A stretch of 64,000 bases of DNA, taken from the IMG/VR virus record IMGVR_UViG_3300029922_002860; one strand, written 5' to 3'. This stretch comes from a virus (taxonomy: Duplodnaviria; Heunggongvirae; Uroviricota; Caudoviricetes). The notes beneath the pieces are model-generated. The model ran no database searches and was not told where the DNA came from. It was given only the letters and a program-made list of their open reading frames with translations. Positions 9,529 through 19,497 of the stretch are shown piece after piece. Positions within the stretch are counted from its first letter, which is position 1. Each line of letters opens with the position of its first letter. The translations under genes were made by a program, and so were the position numbers.

Positions 9529-10212
9529 ATGTCGCGAATCGTCATCACCACGCAGGAAAAGGGTGGGGTAGGAAAGACCACCACTGCGGTTCACATCGCC
9601 CACCATCTGAAGGCCCTCGGTCACGAATTTGTCCTGGCCGACCTCGACTACGAACCTCGAATGCTGGTGCGGTACGATCCGCTTTGCGGCCTCGTATCCC
9701 CCAACGTCGAGGCGCTGAAAGCTGGCGTCAGCAATGCGTCCGAACTTGTGGATCTGGCTCTGAAAGGGCGGAACCTCCTGATCGACTGCGGGGGGAACAC
9801 CTTCGAGTTTTGGGACACGCTGTTCCGGATCGTCCGCCCAAACCTGCTCGACACACTGGCCCAGATTGGGGCGAAGATCACCTTGGTCGTGATGGTCAGC
9901 GACGACCTCGACTCGCAGGACTACTTCGTCCGATACGATTCCCTTTTCCCTGGCGCAACAAAAATTCTGGCGACAATCGGCGACGACGTTCGCGCCAACC
10001 CTGGCTTCCCGACGCACCCGGAGAAACTCACGATCACGCTTCCCCGCATGCCCGACATCCTGAACCAGGCCGTCCAGAGGCTTGCGAAGCCCGTGGGGGA
10101 AATCGCGCTCATGCCGCCAGAGGGCCTGAAGTTCCCGGTAGGGTTTGCCCGTAACGCAGACCTCGCTTTCTCAGAGCAATTCACACGCATCCTAGACTAT
10201 CTCAAACCATGA
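9529..10212 (+). CDS. parA: ParA/Soj-family partition ATPase
   Basis: Deviant Walker A TTQEKGGVGKTTTA, and ParA-like length. Confidence 0.8.
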   Translation: MSRIVITTQEKGGVGKTTTAVHIAHHLKALGHEFVLADLDYEPRMLVRYDPLCGLVSPNVEALKAGVSNASELVDLALKGRNLLIDCGGNTFEFWDTLFRIVRPNLLDTLAQIGAKITLVVMVSDDLDSQDYFVRYDSLFPGATKILATIGDDVRANPGFPTHPEKLTITLPRMPDILNQAVQRLAKPVGEIALMPPEGLKFPVGFARNADLAFSEQFTRILDYLKP

Positions 10213-10658
10213 GCACGCCGCGCCGCACTACGTCTGAACTCATAGCCCTCGCCCAAAAGGACGGGTGGCACCAAGACCCACTCGGGAGGGAGATCATAGC
10301 CGAACTGGCTGCCCGCAAGCCCATCCCAACTGCCGCCAAGCTATCCATCGCTGTCCTGGCGGGCCTGCTGGCGGTCGCTTTCATTGTGATCGCGGACCAG
10401 CGGGCCAAGGGCTCCGCCCTGGAGGCACGAATCGTGTCCGCACAAGCGATTGAAGAGGGGCTCAAGGCCCAGATTGCCAGCGACGCCAAGGACTACGAGA
10501 ACCTCCGCTCCTCCAGTGATCTAATCGGAAAGACCCGTGATGAGGCAAAGTCAGAAGTCATGAAGGCCCTGAACGAACGCATCGACCGCCTCACCCGGGA
10601 GAACGAGCAGCTGAAGGTGGAGAATGTCGCCCTGAAGACGGCGGCGGATAAGCGTTAG
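10209..10658 (+). CDS. membrane-anchored coiled-coil protein
   Basis: Overlaps the parA stop (ATGA). Contains a transmembrane helix followed by a heptad-rich C-terminus. Confidence 0.5.
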   Translation: MSTPRRTTSELIALAQKDGWHQDPLGREIIAELAARKPIPTAAKLSIAVLAGLLAVAFIVIADQRAKGSALEARIVSAQAIEEGLKAQIASDAKDYENLRSSSDLIGKTRDEAKSEVMKALNERIDRLTRENEQLKVENVALKTAADKR

Positions 10659-10679
10659 CCGCAGATTTTCTACGGTCCC

Positions 10680-12497
10680 ATGCGAGTTTCGGCCGTAGAT
10701 GTCATTGTGCCCCCTTCTTCAACAGTCCAAGCCGACCCCCTCACACGCTTTCGTGTGCGGATAAAGGAACTCCTTCCTCGCGGGAAGGAGTTTTCGGCCA
10801 CAGCCGCACTTGAAGCGCTGGCGCGCGCAAGGGGGAATTCAACTCCTGCCGAGGTCGAGGCGTTCAAGACTGACCTCGCTCCTCTGCCAAATCCGTTTCC
10901 ATCGGTACCGACCACGGACATCGCCCTGAAGCGCATCCAGAGTGCTGTGGCGAACAAGGAAACGGTGGTCGTCCTCGGCGACTACGATGTGGATGGGATC
11001 ATCTCGACCGTGCTCATGTTCGAGGTGCTTCGCCGCACCGGGCTCAATGTGAAGTGCTTTATCCCGGACCGCATTGAGGACGACTATGGCGTGACGCAGA
11101 AGGCCGTGGAGAAGTGCTTGGCCGAGTACGCCCCAAAGCTCATCATCTCCGTGGACTGCGGCTCCACTTCAGTTGGGGTCATCGGTCCGTTGAAGGAAAA
11201 GGGTGTCGATTTCATCGTCCTCGATCACCACGAGCCCGGCGGATGCGTCGAAGGCCACCCCGCCTTGGCCCATCTGAACCCAAAGGCATGGAAGGGCCGG
11301 TCCCCCTTGGTGGATGAGGCGGCTTCGTTCTGTGCAGGTGGTTTGGTCTTCTTCTTCGCCGAATATCTCGCAAACGCGCTTCCCGCCCCGGGTTGGAGAC
11401 GGGATCGTTCCCTGATTCTCGCCGGCATTGCCACGGTTGCCGATGTGATGCCGCTCACCCGAACCAACCGGTCTCTCGTACGGCATTCCGTCTCCCTCGC
11501 GTCCACCGCGCAGGGGAGGAGCCTGGTCCCAGGGGTCTCGCTCCTGCTTGAACGTGCATCCGCTGCGGAATTCACTGCAAAGACTTACGGTTGGGTGATC
11601 GGTCCGCACCTAAACGCCGCTGGACGCGTCACGCACGCACGAATCTCTGCCAATCTTGTGGCGACCAACAATCCCGAGGTTATGGCCAAGAGCGTCGCAG
11701 AGTTGATCGCCACGAATCGCGAGCGCAAGGCCGTGCAGGACAAGGTTCAGGATCAGGCCATGGAACAAGCGGAGGTGCAGATGGCCCTGAATCCTGAGCG
11801 CCGATTCCTGGCCCTATTCGGAAAGGAATGGCACCCTGGAGTGGTGGGGATCGTGGCCGGGCGAATTCGCGAGCGGTTCCTGTTGCCGAGCATTGTCTGC
11901 GGCCTTCACCCCGAGGAAGGGTATTGGAAGGGTTCGGCACGCAGCGTGCGCGGGTGTAACCTCGGCGGCATCGTCCATGAGGCCGTGGACGCAAAGGTGC
12001 TGCTCGGTGGGGGAGGGCACCAGATGGCAGCCGGCCTTCGCCTGGCACAGGGCCGCGAAGATGAGTTTCGGGCGTGGCTCGAAGATCACACTGCCGGGAT
12101 GACATGGGACACCGAGGAGCAATTGGAGGTACTGGGGCCGTATTCTGCCATGAAGGCCAAGGACTGGGACAAGCTGCTGTCCCTGGCTGGCCCATTTGGT
12201 AATGGCAGTCCGGAACCGGTCATGCTGCTGCAAAACGCAGTGTTGACCGGTGGAATCAAGACTCTCGCGGCGTCTCAGTCCGGCAAGGTCTTCGGGCTCT
12301 CGTTCGAGCTGGTGGATAACGGCCGCACCTACAAAGTCTCGTGGCTGGGCCTATCCGCGGAAGCGGATCTGGCTGCCGCCGAGGGAATGCTCCGTCAGCG
12401 ACAGCCAGCGAATTACGCAGTCCGGCAAACCTCTCGGGTCAAGGAGGGCATGACCTACCTGAACCTTGAGATCGCCGGACTGCCGAAGGCGGCCTAG
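10680..12497 (+). CDS. recJ: RecJ-like single-stranded-DNA exonuclease (DHH/DHHA1 family)
   Basis: Motifs VVVLGDYDVDGIIS, DHHEPG and GGGHQMAAG are typical of RecJ. Confidence 0.8.
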   Translation: MRVSAVDVIVPPSSTVQADPLTRFRVRIKELLPRGKEFSATAALEALARARGNSTPAEVEAFKTDLAPLPNPFPSVPTTDIALKRIQSAVANKETVVVLGDYDVDGIISTVLMFEVLRRTGLNVKCFIPDRIEDDYGVTQKAVEKCLAEYAPKLIISVDCGSTSVGVIGPLKEKGVDFIVLDHHEPGGCVEGHPALAHLNPKAWKGRSPLVDEAASFCAGGLVFFFAEYLANALPAPGWRRDRSLILAGIATVADVMPLTRTNRSLVRHSVSLASTAQGRSLVPGVSLLLERASAAEFTAKTYGWVIGPHLNAAGRVTHARISANLVATNNPEVMAKSVAELIATNRERKAVQDKVQDQAMEQAEVQMALNPERRFLALFGKEWHPGVVGIVAGRIRERFLLPSIVCGLHPEEGYWKGSARSVRGCNLGGIVHEAVDAKVLLGGGGHQMAAGLRLAQGREDEFRAWLEDHTAGMTWDTEEQLEVLGPYSAMKAKDWDKLLSLAGPFGNGSPEPVMLLQNAVLTGGIKTLAASQSGKVFGLSFELVDNGRTYKVSWLGLSAEADLAAAEGMLRQRQPANYAVRQTSRVKEGMTYLNLEIAGLPKAA

Positions 12498-13336
12498 CCC
12501 CCTTCGGCTACCTCGTCAGCACCTGACGCCACGAGAAATTGCTCGATGCCCCCTTCTCCTCCGTTCGCGATCTTCCTCTTCATCTTGGCCAGCGCATCTT
12601 CTACGACCTGGCGAACCCGCTCCGTGCAGTAACCGGCCTTCTTGGCAATCTCGGTCAGGGTCTTGGGATCGGTGCCGTCGAGGCCGAAGTGGGCAACAAG
12701 GTACTGCCTCTCCCGCTCTTCCAGAGTATCGAGTTGGTCCATGATAAGCTTCGACTTTTCATTGCTCTCGATCACTTCGTTCGGGCGCGGGCCATGGTCA
12801 GCAACCCACTCCTCGCCGCTCTCAAGCAGTAGAAGAGAGACGTTTGACCTCCGCGCCGCTGCGATCACGGCGATGCGCTGGGCTCGCCGGGTCGAGATGC
12901 CGTGCTTGGCAGCGAACTTGTCGATGTCGAGGAAGGTGCGGCCGTGCAGGTGCAGCTCGTCCTCCAGATCCGCCCTGTACTGCAAAACGAACTTATGATT
13001 CTGCCGGCCACCGACCTTGCGACTGTTTCGCAGCTCGTCGAGGACCGCCAGACGCCCCTGGTAGTACCAGAAGTGGAAGATGTCCGCCTTCGCCTGGTCG
13101 AACTTCTTCAAACTCACAATGAAGCGCTCGAAGGCGATTGAAGCCGCGTCATCGGCCGAGAGGGCGACCGACCGCATTTCCATGCCGATGCGCTTGGCAA
13201 GGAATCGGGCCGAGGTGAGCAGAGTTGCAAGGGCAGCCATATCGCCGCCCTTCGCGGCCACAGCTAGCTTGTTCTGCTGCTTGCGGTCAACGAGACAGTC
13301 AACGATGGGCTGGGTGCCACTGGGTGTAGAGTTCAT
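12494..13336 (-). CDS. sigma-70 family RNA polymerase sigma factor
   Basis: Region 2-like segment (FERFIVSL...FHFWYYQGRLAV) and region 4 helix-turn-helix (LTEIAKKAGYCTERVRQVV). CCATCTTGGCGTAG sits immediately upstream of the ATG. Confidence 0.7.
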   Translation of the reverse strand: MNSTPSGTQPIVDCLVDRKQQNKLAVAAKGGDMAALATLLTSARFLAKRIGMEMRSVALSADDAASIAFERFIVSLKKFDQAKADIFHFWYYQGRLAVLDELRNSRKVGGRQNHKFVLQYRADLEDELHLHGRTFLDIDKFAAKHGISTRRAQRIAVIAAARRSNVSLLLLESGEEWVADHGPRPNEVIESNEKSKLIMDQLDTLEERERQYLVAHFGLDGTDPKTLTEIAKKAGYCTERVRQVVEDALAKMKRKIANGGEGGIEQFLVASGADEVAEGG

Positions 13337-13354
13337 CTACGCCAAGATGGCGGG
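13337..13354 (-). promoter_or_regulatory. conserved upstream motif GCCATCTTGGCGTAG (class B) for the sigma factor gene
   Basis: Motif abuts the ATG. Confidence 0.45.
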
Positions 13355-13390
13355 CGGTTTTAGAGACCGCTCCGCCATATCCGAAAAAAA

Positions 13391-13996
13391 TCAGGCCGGT
13401 ATGGCGATGGCCGCCGGCATCTCCAAATTGACGATGGATTCCGCGCCGACGGAGGCTACCACATGGTGCATCTGCCAGTCGCTGTAATCCGACTCGTCCT
13501 TGTCAATGCGCAGGTCAGTGAACGGGACGCGGCACATGAGGGCAACTGGGGAGCCTCCAAAGGAATCGCATGCCCGCTTGGAGAAAAGGGCAGGACGGTC
13601 GCCGGTGCGCTCAGTGGTCACAAACACCACCTTCGAAAGGTCGGCTTTCCGCCCTACCTTGTGAAGACCTGCGACCAGGCCCTTTTCGCGGATCGACTCC
13701 AGCAGGGCCGAAGAGGTGTGATGGTAGACGATGATGGAGTGCCCGCCGAGAAACTTGCGCACAACGCTGTTGATGACCTTGAGGGAAATCGACCCGTCAC
13801 GGTTCACCCTGACCCCGAACTGGTCGAGGAGGTAGGCGAAGACGGCCTCGTCCGGGGGCGCCTGGCGCGTAATGTGGTAAGGTTCGCTCAAACCGTGGTT
13901 GGCAGAGATCCAATCGCGGAAGAGTTCGAACATCACGAGCTTCTCGGAGAGTTTCCGAAGGGTCTGGCTTGCGGTGGTTGAGGTCGAACTGTTCAT
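13391..13996 (-). CDS. hypothetical protein (201 aa; weak KptA/Tpt1-like H-x-T motif)
   Basis: ORF with CCCATAATTAGAAAACAGGC upstream. VYHHTSSALLESIREKGL loosely resembles RNA 2'-phosphotransferase. Confidence 0.45.
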   Translation of the reverse strand: MNSSTSTTASQTLRKLSEKLVMFELFRDWISANHGLSEPYHITRQAPPDEAVFAYLLDQFGVRVNRDGSISLKVINSVVRKFLGGHSIIVYHHTSSALLESIREKGLVAGLHKVGRKADLSKVVFVTTERTGDRPALFSKRACDSFGGSPVALMCRVPFTDLRIDKDESDYSDWQMHHVVASVGAESIVNLEMPAAIAIPA

Positions 13997-14005
13997 GCCT
14001 GTTTT

Positions 14006-14020
14006 CTAATTATGGGTTGG
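14006..14020 (-). promoter_or_regulatory. conserved upstream motif CCCATAATTAG (class A)
   Basis: Lies 9 nt upstream of the ATG of gene 13391..13996. Confidence 0.45.
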
Positions 14021-14641
14021 CGGGGGGAGAGACTACATGTGGCTCCACCCGAACGGTTGCAGGGTTGAACAATTCGAGCCCTGGGAGGCAAATGTGCCAT
14101 GTGGGGATGCCCTTACCGAGGCAGATTCCCATGGTGTTGGCGCTTCCGCCGGGCTTTAGCTCGGCGCCGGCCCCGAAAGTAAGCGCGACGACACCGTCGG
14201 CGTTGTCCGCGATCCCTGCGTTACGGGCATCGAAACCGAATCGAACCTCGCTATGGCACCCCGAATCGAGGATCGCCCGACGCAGTGCATTCAGGCTGTC
14301 GCCCCCGCATTTGCGCGAAAACTCGCGGTGCCAGTGGTTTGTGATGCTCCCGGGGCACTTGCGATAGGGTTCGACATACCTTCCAGTAGCCAGACTGTAA
14401 TGCGCGGGGAGGTATAGCCGGAGAGATGGTACACGCCCCTTGAGGAAGAGGTGAACCGCCAGATGGTCGGCGAAAGCAGCCCCTCCGCTCACGAGGGTAT
14501 CGACCGACCCCAAGGCTGAAATCAGTCCTTCGACCTTCTCGTACGCCGCCCGATAGAGCGCAGAGGTGATCCGGAAAGCGTCATCCCTCCTCCCAGCGGA
14601 GCCGATAATGGCCAGCTTTTTGACTGTCGGAAAAGGTTTCA
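14010..14641 (-). CDS. Rossmann-fold SLOG/DprA-like nucleotide-binding protein
   Basis: KKLAIIGSAG...VDTLVSGGAAFADHLAVH pattern. Its ATG overlaps the stop of the upstream gene (ATGA). Confidence 0.45.
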
Positions 14642-15121
14642 TGCGCTCCGAGGCAAGATGGCGAGGTACCCCCCGGGGGGCCTCCACAGAGCCATCGGCT
14701 CTTTCAAAAGGGGCGATTCCGGCAGCAGAAGGCTGTTGAAGCGCTCCGGGTAGTACCGAGCCGCGAATTCCTCGGCGACCGCGACGCCAAAGTAATGGTC
14801 CCCGTCGCCATTCCATCCTGGGTCCACAACCTGGCCGCCGGCGGTGGCGCACCACGTGTGCTCCCGCGGAACCGGAATCCCGGTGACCGAAGCGTACCCT
14901 TCGACAAGGAACAGGCCCCGCCGGCGCCCAGCCTTGCTTTGCAACAGCTTCCATGAGGCTAATGCCGGGAACTCGCTGGCAACGCCCCCGGCCGCCGATT
15001 CGGGCTGCCCATAGAACGTCCCAACCCCTGGCGAAAGCAGCAGCCCCCGGCCATTCATTGGCGAATACTGGGCGAGGCGGCTAAGAAGTTCCAGGAAACG
15101 AGCCTGGGGGAATGGTGGCAC
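14639..15121 (-). CDS. hypothetical protein (possible papain/transglutaminase-like fold)
   Basis: GTG start preceded by GGCCATCTTGGAAT. Cys/His/Asp-containing core (HTWCATAGGQVVDPGWN). Confidence 0.4.
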   Translation of the reverse strand: MPPFPQARFLELLSRLAQYSPMNGRGLLLSPGVGTFYGQPESAAGGVASEFPALASWKLLQSKAGRRRGLFLVEGYASVTGIPVPREHTWCATAGGQVVDPGWNGDGDHYFGVAVAEEFAARYYPERFNSLLLPESPLLKEPMALWRPPGGYLAILPRSA

Positions 15122-15134
15122 ATTCCAAGATGGC

Positions 15135-15380
15135 CTACTTCTTGCCGGGCCTGGGTTGTTTTGGAGGGGTAGGGGAGCGGCCTCGCGCCTCCTCGTCCTC
15201 CAAGACGATCTTTGCTACGATGGGATCGAGTTTGGCTCGTGCAGCTACCCTGAGGGAATACCGAAGCACGTGGGATTGCGAAATCACCCGGTCGCCGGAC
15301 TCGCTCGCCACGAGCTGCGCGCGCACCTGCTCCATAAGCCTGGCGTACTGGGGTGGAAATTTGGCGGAAACGGGCTTCAT
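15135..15380 (-). CDS. small hypothetical protein (81 aa)
   Basis: CCCCATAGTTATC upstream of its ATG. Confidence 0.45.
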   Translation of the reverse strand: MKPVSAKFPPQYARLMEQVRAQLVASESGDRVISQSHVLRYSLRVAARAKLDPIVAKIVLEDEEARGRSPTPPKQPRPGKK

Positions 15381-15534
15381 GGGGCGACGGTAAGATAACT
15401 ATGGGGTGCGTGAGCCCGAAAGAAAGCCAAAAAGCCTTTAAAAGTAAAACTTTCAATAGTCTTGAAAGAAAAGATTCCTTTATTCTTGAAATTCATAATT
15501 GGTTGGCGATGATAACTGCGAACCAAATAATGCG

Positions 15535-16539
15535 ATGGCCTTCAAACCACTAAAAAAGCAACTCCACCCCGTGCGTCGCTGGGCCGTCAAAGGTCCTCCC
15601 GGCTGCGGCAAGTCATCATTCGTGACCCAGGCCGAGGGACCGATCCTCGTACTGGACATTGATCGTCGCTTTAGCGACGTGCGCCATCTCACCACCTCGG
15701 ACGTTCTGAGCATCTCGGACCAGGACGCAGATCTGGCCGATGTCCGCGCCATTGACCGCCTGATTGCCGAGAACTCTCGGAACAGCGGCATCAAGAGCAC
15801 CGTCGTGGACTCCGTCACGCCACTATTCCAGCGCATCATCCGTCGCAAGGCCCTCGACGAAGCCGCCGGCGAAGGCGAGAGGAACAAAGGGGCCGCCCAC
15901 CGCGAGAAGGCCGACACGATGGCCCTCCTGACCGATGCAGTCTGCGCCAGCGCCGGAGCCGTCTACTTCATCTGGCACACTGGCCACAGCCGTCTCGGGA
16001 CCGAGGTCAAGGAGACCGAGTCCCTGTCCAAGGTCGAGCAGGAGCGCCTTCGCCGCCACCTGAACGCCGAGATCGAGGTGATCTCGGACCCGAAGGACAC
16101 ACGCCGTCGCGGCGTCAAGGTGCAGTATTGCCGCACCAATCCCTCCGCCGAGGGCAAGATCCTCTGGGATTCCCCGGAGAACCTGGCCGCCGGGACCTTC
16201 TGGAAGGGCATGATGGATCGCCTCGACATCCTCTTCACCCCCGCCGCCGCCACGCCTGCTCCGAAGCCGGCACCCCTCCCGTCGTCCACCGCGGCTGCGG
16301 ACGCCCCGACCCCGGAAACCGCCCCCCGGGGGGACGCTCCGGTCGCCCGGACGTTCGCGAGCCCCGATGAGGCCATCGCCTGGGGTGCCACCGAACTTCA
16401 ACTCAACGTGGAGGAGGTTGCCGCGGTGTACGAGGAGACAAAGAAACAGGTTAAACCTGCGTCTGCCAAGCAGATGTGGACGGCCTGGGTCACCACGGTA
16501 GAGGAGCGCAAGAAGCTCCTAGCGGCGAAGGAGTTCTAG
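15535..16539 (+). CDS. P-loop NTPase (AAA/RecA-like, possibly Sak4-like)
   Basis: Walker A VKGPPGCGKSS. Start at the Met after CATAATTGG. AT-rich promoter region upstream. Confidence 0.6.
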   Translation: MAFKPLKKQLHPVRRWAVKGPPGCGKSSFVTQAEGPILVLDIDRRFSDVRHLTTSDVLSISDQDADLADVRAIDRLIAENSRNSGIKSTVVDSVTPLFQRIIRRKALDEAAGEGERNKGAAHREKADTMALLTDAVCASAGAVYFIWHTGHSRLGTEVKETESLSKVEQERLRRHLNAEIEVISDPKDTRRRGVKVQYCRTNPSAEGKILWDSPENLAAGTFWKGMMDRLDILFTPAAATPAPKPAPLPSSTAAADAPTPETAPRGDAPVARTFASPDEAIAWGATELQLNVEEVAAVYEETKKQVKPASAKQMWTAWVTTVEERKKLLAAKEF

Positions 16540-16580
16540 GACCCAACTTTAGTTCAGGGCAGTCAAAAATCATCGCAGTA

Positions 16581-16619
16581 AGGGCCGCCGGCAAGTCGCT
16601 GGCGGCCCTTATTGTTTTT
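16581..16619 (+). terminator. rho-independent terminator
   Basis: GGGCCGCCGGC-loop-GGCGGCCCTT hairpin followed by ATTGTTTTT. Confidence 0.6.
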
Positions 16620-16811
16620 CGACAACGGAACTCGTCGTTAATACAGTTTGGCCCTCGGAGCGGGTCCGAGAAAGCTCAAGGATGTCTAAGGCAGTAATTG
16701 CACTCATCCTCTAGATATGGGGGCGACCGTGCGTAGCCCCCTCCCGTATCGGTTTCGTTGGGCCGCCATCCAAAACGCGTTTCTCCCAATGCCACCCCCC
16801 ATAATTCCTCT

Positions 16812-17942
16812 ATGGACACCCTTAACGCTGCGGATAACGAAAAGCGGAGCAACCTGCTGAAGGTGATGCTCGCGAACCAGATCGTCAATCAATCAACCGA
16901 CCTCCACATCAGCAAGGAGGGGCGCATGATGTACCGCTGCCGTGGCAACATGGTGCTGGCTGCCAATTGGGAACGCCTGACCGACCCAAAGGGATTCCTT
17001 CTCCCGGAGTTCTCGTTCGACAAGGTCCGCGAGCTTCTGATCGGAGAGGAGAGCGAGATCGGCGGTGTGACGAAGGTCCACCGCGGCCAAACCACGCAGG
17101 TGCGCGTGCAGGGGCTCCGCACCGCCTCCGGAGACAAGATATTCATCCGCGTTCAACCGCTTGAGCCGCCGAAGTTGGTCAGCACCTTGGCGTCCCAGAT
17201 GTACAATCCGCTGAGGACGGCCCTGACCAATGCCAGCGGTTTGGTCCTAGTATGCGGCCCCATCGGCTCCGGAAAGACAACTCTCGCGGCCGCGCTCGTC
17301 GAGCACTGGGCCAGCAACCGCGCGCGCCACATTGCGACCATCGAGGACCCGACCGAATACCTCCTCTCGCCGAAGTCGGGAGAGGTCTCCTCGGTAAACG
17401 CCAACCTGCTGCGGGGGCTTCCCGGCAAGGGGGCGGCCTTCACGGAGGTACTCCGCGACCTACTGCGCTCCGACATCGACGGGCTGTTCATCGGCGAGGC
17501 CCGCGACCCATCGACCAGGAACGCATGCCTGGACTTCGCAGCTACGGAGGAGCCTGTGGTCACAACGGTCCACGCCGGCGGCTTGGCCGACGCGATCCTG
17601 CGGCTCACGCACAGCGAAGATGGTCGTGACACAGCCTCACTCCGCCACGTGCTTTCGCAGTGCTTGCACTCCATTGTCTACGTGAAGCTTGCCTACACCA
17701 GCGACGGGAAGCCGGTCCCCGTCATTACGGCGCTCCCCGGGCACATCCCGGCTGTACGCAACGCCATCGCTACCGGCAACCCAGCCACCATCTCAACGAG
17801 CCTCTCCCAGGCTCTCGCAGGTTGCGAAGAGCAGGGAGGCGCCTCTGGTGGCAAAGCCCTGCAATCCGCAACGGAACGCCAGGCGACAGAAGCTTCTGCG
17901 AAGGAAGCCCTGCCTCCTGAGGCCCGTCAGCAGAAGACCTGA
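16812..17942 (+). CDS. PilT/VirB11/GspE-family secretion-type ATPase
   Basis: Walker A LVCGPIGSGKTT and an EDPTEY motif. CCACCCCCCATAATTCCTCT immediately before the ATG. Confidence 0.7.
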   Translation: MDTLNAADNEKRSNLLKVMLANQIVNQSTDLHISKEGRMMYRCRGNMVLAANWERLTDPKGFLLPEFSFDKVRELLIGEESEIGGVTKVHRGQTTQVRVQGLRTASGDKIFIRVQPLEPPKLVSTLASQMYNPLRTALTNASGLVLVCGPIGSGKTTLAAALVEHWASNRARHIATIEDPTEYLLSPKSGEVSSVNANLLRGLPGKGAAFTEVLRDLLRSDIDGLFIGEARDPSTRNACLDFAATEEPVVTTVHAGGLADAILRLTHSEDGRDTASLRHVLSQCLHSIVYVKLAYTSDGKPVPVITALPGHIPAVRNAIATGNPATISTSLSQALAGCEEQGGASGGKALQSATERQATEASAKEALPPEARQQKT

Positions 17943-17949
17943 CCGGTCG

Positions 17950-18276
17950 TCACAGGTCCGGTTTACGTCGGTTGCCATACCCCCCGGGGGGCCTCCTACG
18001 AGGGAGGCTCGGGGAGTTTGAGCGCTTCCGGCATAGAGGGCAGGTGGGCTCGGTATTCGAAATGAGGCTGCCGTCGTCCAGAAGGCTCTTTCTCTGGACG
18101 CCCCGACACAGGGGTTTGTCCGTCTCCAGGTCCACGGCATGCGTCCGGAATGCCGCCTGGTGCCCCTTAACGCGTCCGTAGGCAGCTTCGCTATAGGCAG
18201 AGGCCGCGACCTCGAAGGTGAGGTACTGGAAGCCCGTAGAACGGGCAGGAACGATACCCCAGTCGCGGGCCTTCAT
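17950..18276 (-). CDS. hypothetical Cys-containing protein (108 aa)
   Basis: Its ATG overlaps the stop of the upstream gene. Confidence 0.35.
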   Translation of the reverse strand: MKARDWGIVPARSTGFQYLTFEVAASAYSEAAYGRVKGHQAAFRTHAVDLETDKPLCRGVQRKSLLDDGSLISNTEPTCPLCRKRSNSPSLPRRRPPGGYGNRRKPDL

Positions 18277-18521
18277 GGCGCGGCGGTAACTTTCGGCGCC
18301 ACAATGCGGCTCCTAGCCGCCCGGTCGGCCGTTCGCATCGCCTGGTCGTCGTCCGCGCTCCGCAGGAACCAGTCTTGCGTGGCCGCCCAAGCGTAGATCG
18401 CCAACAGATCCTTGGGGGTGCGGACGGTCTCGTAGCGCCCGACGGCAGCCTGGCAGGCTCTGTGAGTGCGTTCTTCCGCAACCTGGGTCCCTGCAATGGC
18501 TTTTCGGGTACTACGGCTCAT
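18273..18521 (-). CDS. hypothetical protein (82 aa)
   Basis: Internal ATG preceded by CCAACTTGGCTTAGA. Confidence 0.4.
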   Translation of the reverse strand: MSRSTRKAIAGTQVAEERTHRACQAAVGRYETVRTPKDLLAIYAWAATQDWFLRSADDDQAMRTADRAARSRIVAPKVTAAP

Positions 18522-18560
18522 TCTAAGCCAAGTTGGCGCAGGCAGTAGCGGCCGCAAGGG

Positions 18561-18893
18561 TCACTTCGGGTAGTGGGGCGGCTTTGGACCGATATAGACT
18601 GGGGGGAGGGTAGGATACCCGTGCTCGGCCATCTGGTCGGCCGTGGCGTCGATGATCGTCCCGTCTGGCATCTCCAGCCACACGTGCTCCAATTCGCCCC
18701 CGGCGATCTTGAAGAAGCGGGATACGACCTCGGTCTTGATGTTCTCGGCAAATGACAGGTATCCCTGGAGGGGGAGACTGACTGCATCGCACATCCTAGC
18801 CGAGGGGCGTCCGTCCAGTATTCCCGCGCGGAATTCGGACACCGTTTCATGGATAGAGTTAAGTGCCGCCGGCGTTAAGGGGGCAACTTGCAC
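18561..18893 (-). CDS. hypothetical protein (110 aa)
   Basis: GTG start 2 nt after the stop of the upstream gene. Confidence 0.4.
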   Translation of the reverse strand: MQVAPLTPAALNSIHETVSEFRAGILDGRPSARMCDAVSLPLQGYLSFAENIKTEVVSRFFKIAGGELEHVWLEMPDGTIIDATADQMAEHGYPTLPPVYIGPKPPHYPK

Positions 18894-18895
18894 AA

Positions 18896-19222
18896 TCAGT
18901 AACCCCTGAAGGCGATCTGCCTGCGTCGCACAGCGACATCCATGTCCGCTTCAGCTGCCTGGACGTGCCGCCTGCTCCGTGAAATGTACATGGCGCCCAT
19001 GACCACGGCTAGCATCACGCCGCCATAAGCCAAATAGATGCGGGAGAAGAGGGGCACGGAATACACGCCGATGAAAACCCCGAGAAATAGCGCGACCAAG
19101 ATTGAGGCGCCCCAAGCCCCCAAAACCGCCCTTTGCCTCTTGCGAAGCCTCCGAACCCGAAAAGTCATGAACTGCGCCCGGACAGACTCAGCGTTGGGGG
19201 ACATTCGCGGTGATTCGTTCAT
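18896..19222 (-). CDS. small membrane protein
   Basis: Two predicted transmembrane helices. Confidence 0.4.
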   Translation of the reverse strand: MNESPRMSPNAESVRAQFMTFRVRRLRKRQRAVLGAWGASILVALFLGVFIGVYSVPLFSRIYLAYGGVMLAVVMGAMYISRSRRHVQAAEADMDVAVRRRQIAFRGY

Positions 19223-19497
19223 GCCGCGGTGGTTGCAGGGAGGGGGATGGTCCGGTCATTGCGCCGGTCGAGCAAGGGGAACTCGTTGCCCCAGGCTTCG
19301 AGAACTGAGTCGAAATGTTCGCGGTCCTCTGTCGAGACAGACCGGCACGGGGAGAATCGCGCCCCGTCGGTGCGGTAGAGCACGACCTCGCCCGCGCCTT
19401 CGTCGTCGAAGACGGCCGTGTGGGTCACCTGGTCCTTTGAGAGCGGCCGGATCTGTGTCGCATGTTTCCAGTCGTAGCCCTTGGCATCGGTCAGCAT
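19219..19497 (-). CDS. hypothetical protein (92 aa)
   Basis: CTCCATCTTGAGG upstream. First gene of a four-gene minus-strand operon. Confidence 0.45.
   Translation of the reverse strand: MLTDAKGYDWKHATQIRPLSKDQVTHTAVFDDEGAGEVVLYRTDGARFSPCRSVSTEDREHFDSVLEAWGNEFPLLDRRNDRTIPLPATTAA

Noticed and set aside
9013-10017. Minus-strand ORFs 9013-9462 and 9523-10017
   Set aside because: Antisense to gene 9001..9516 and to parA; composition is not protein-like.
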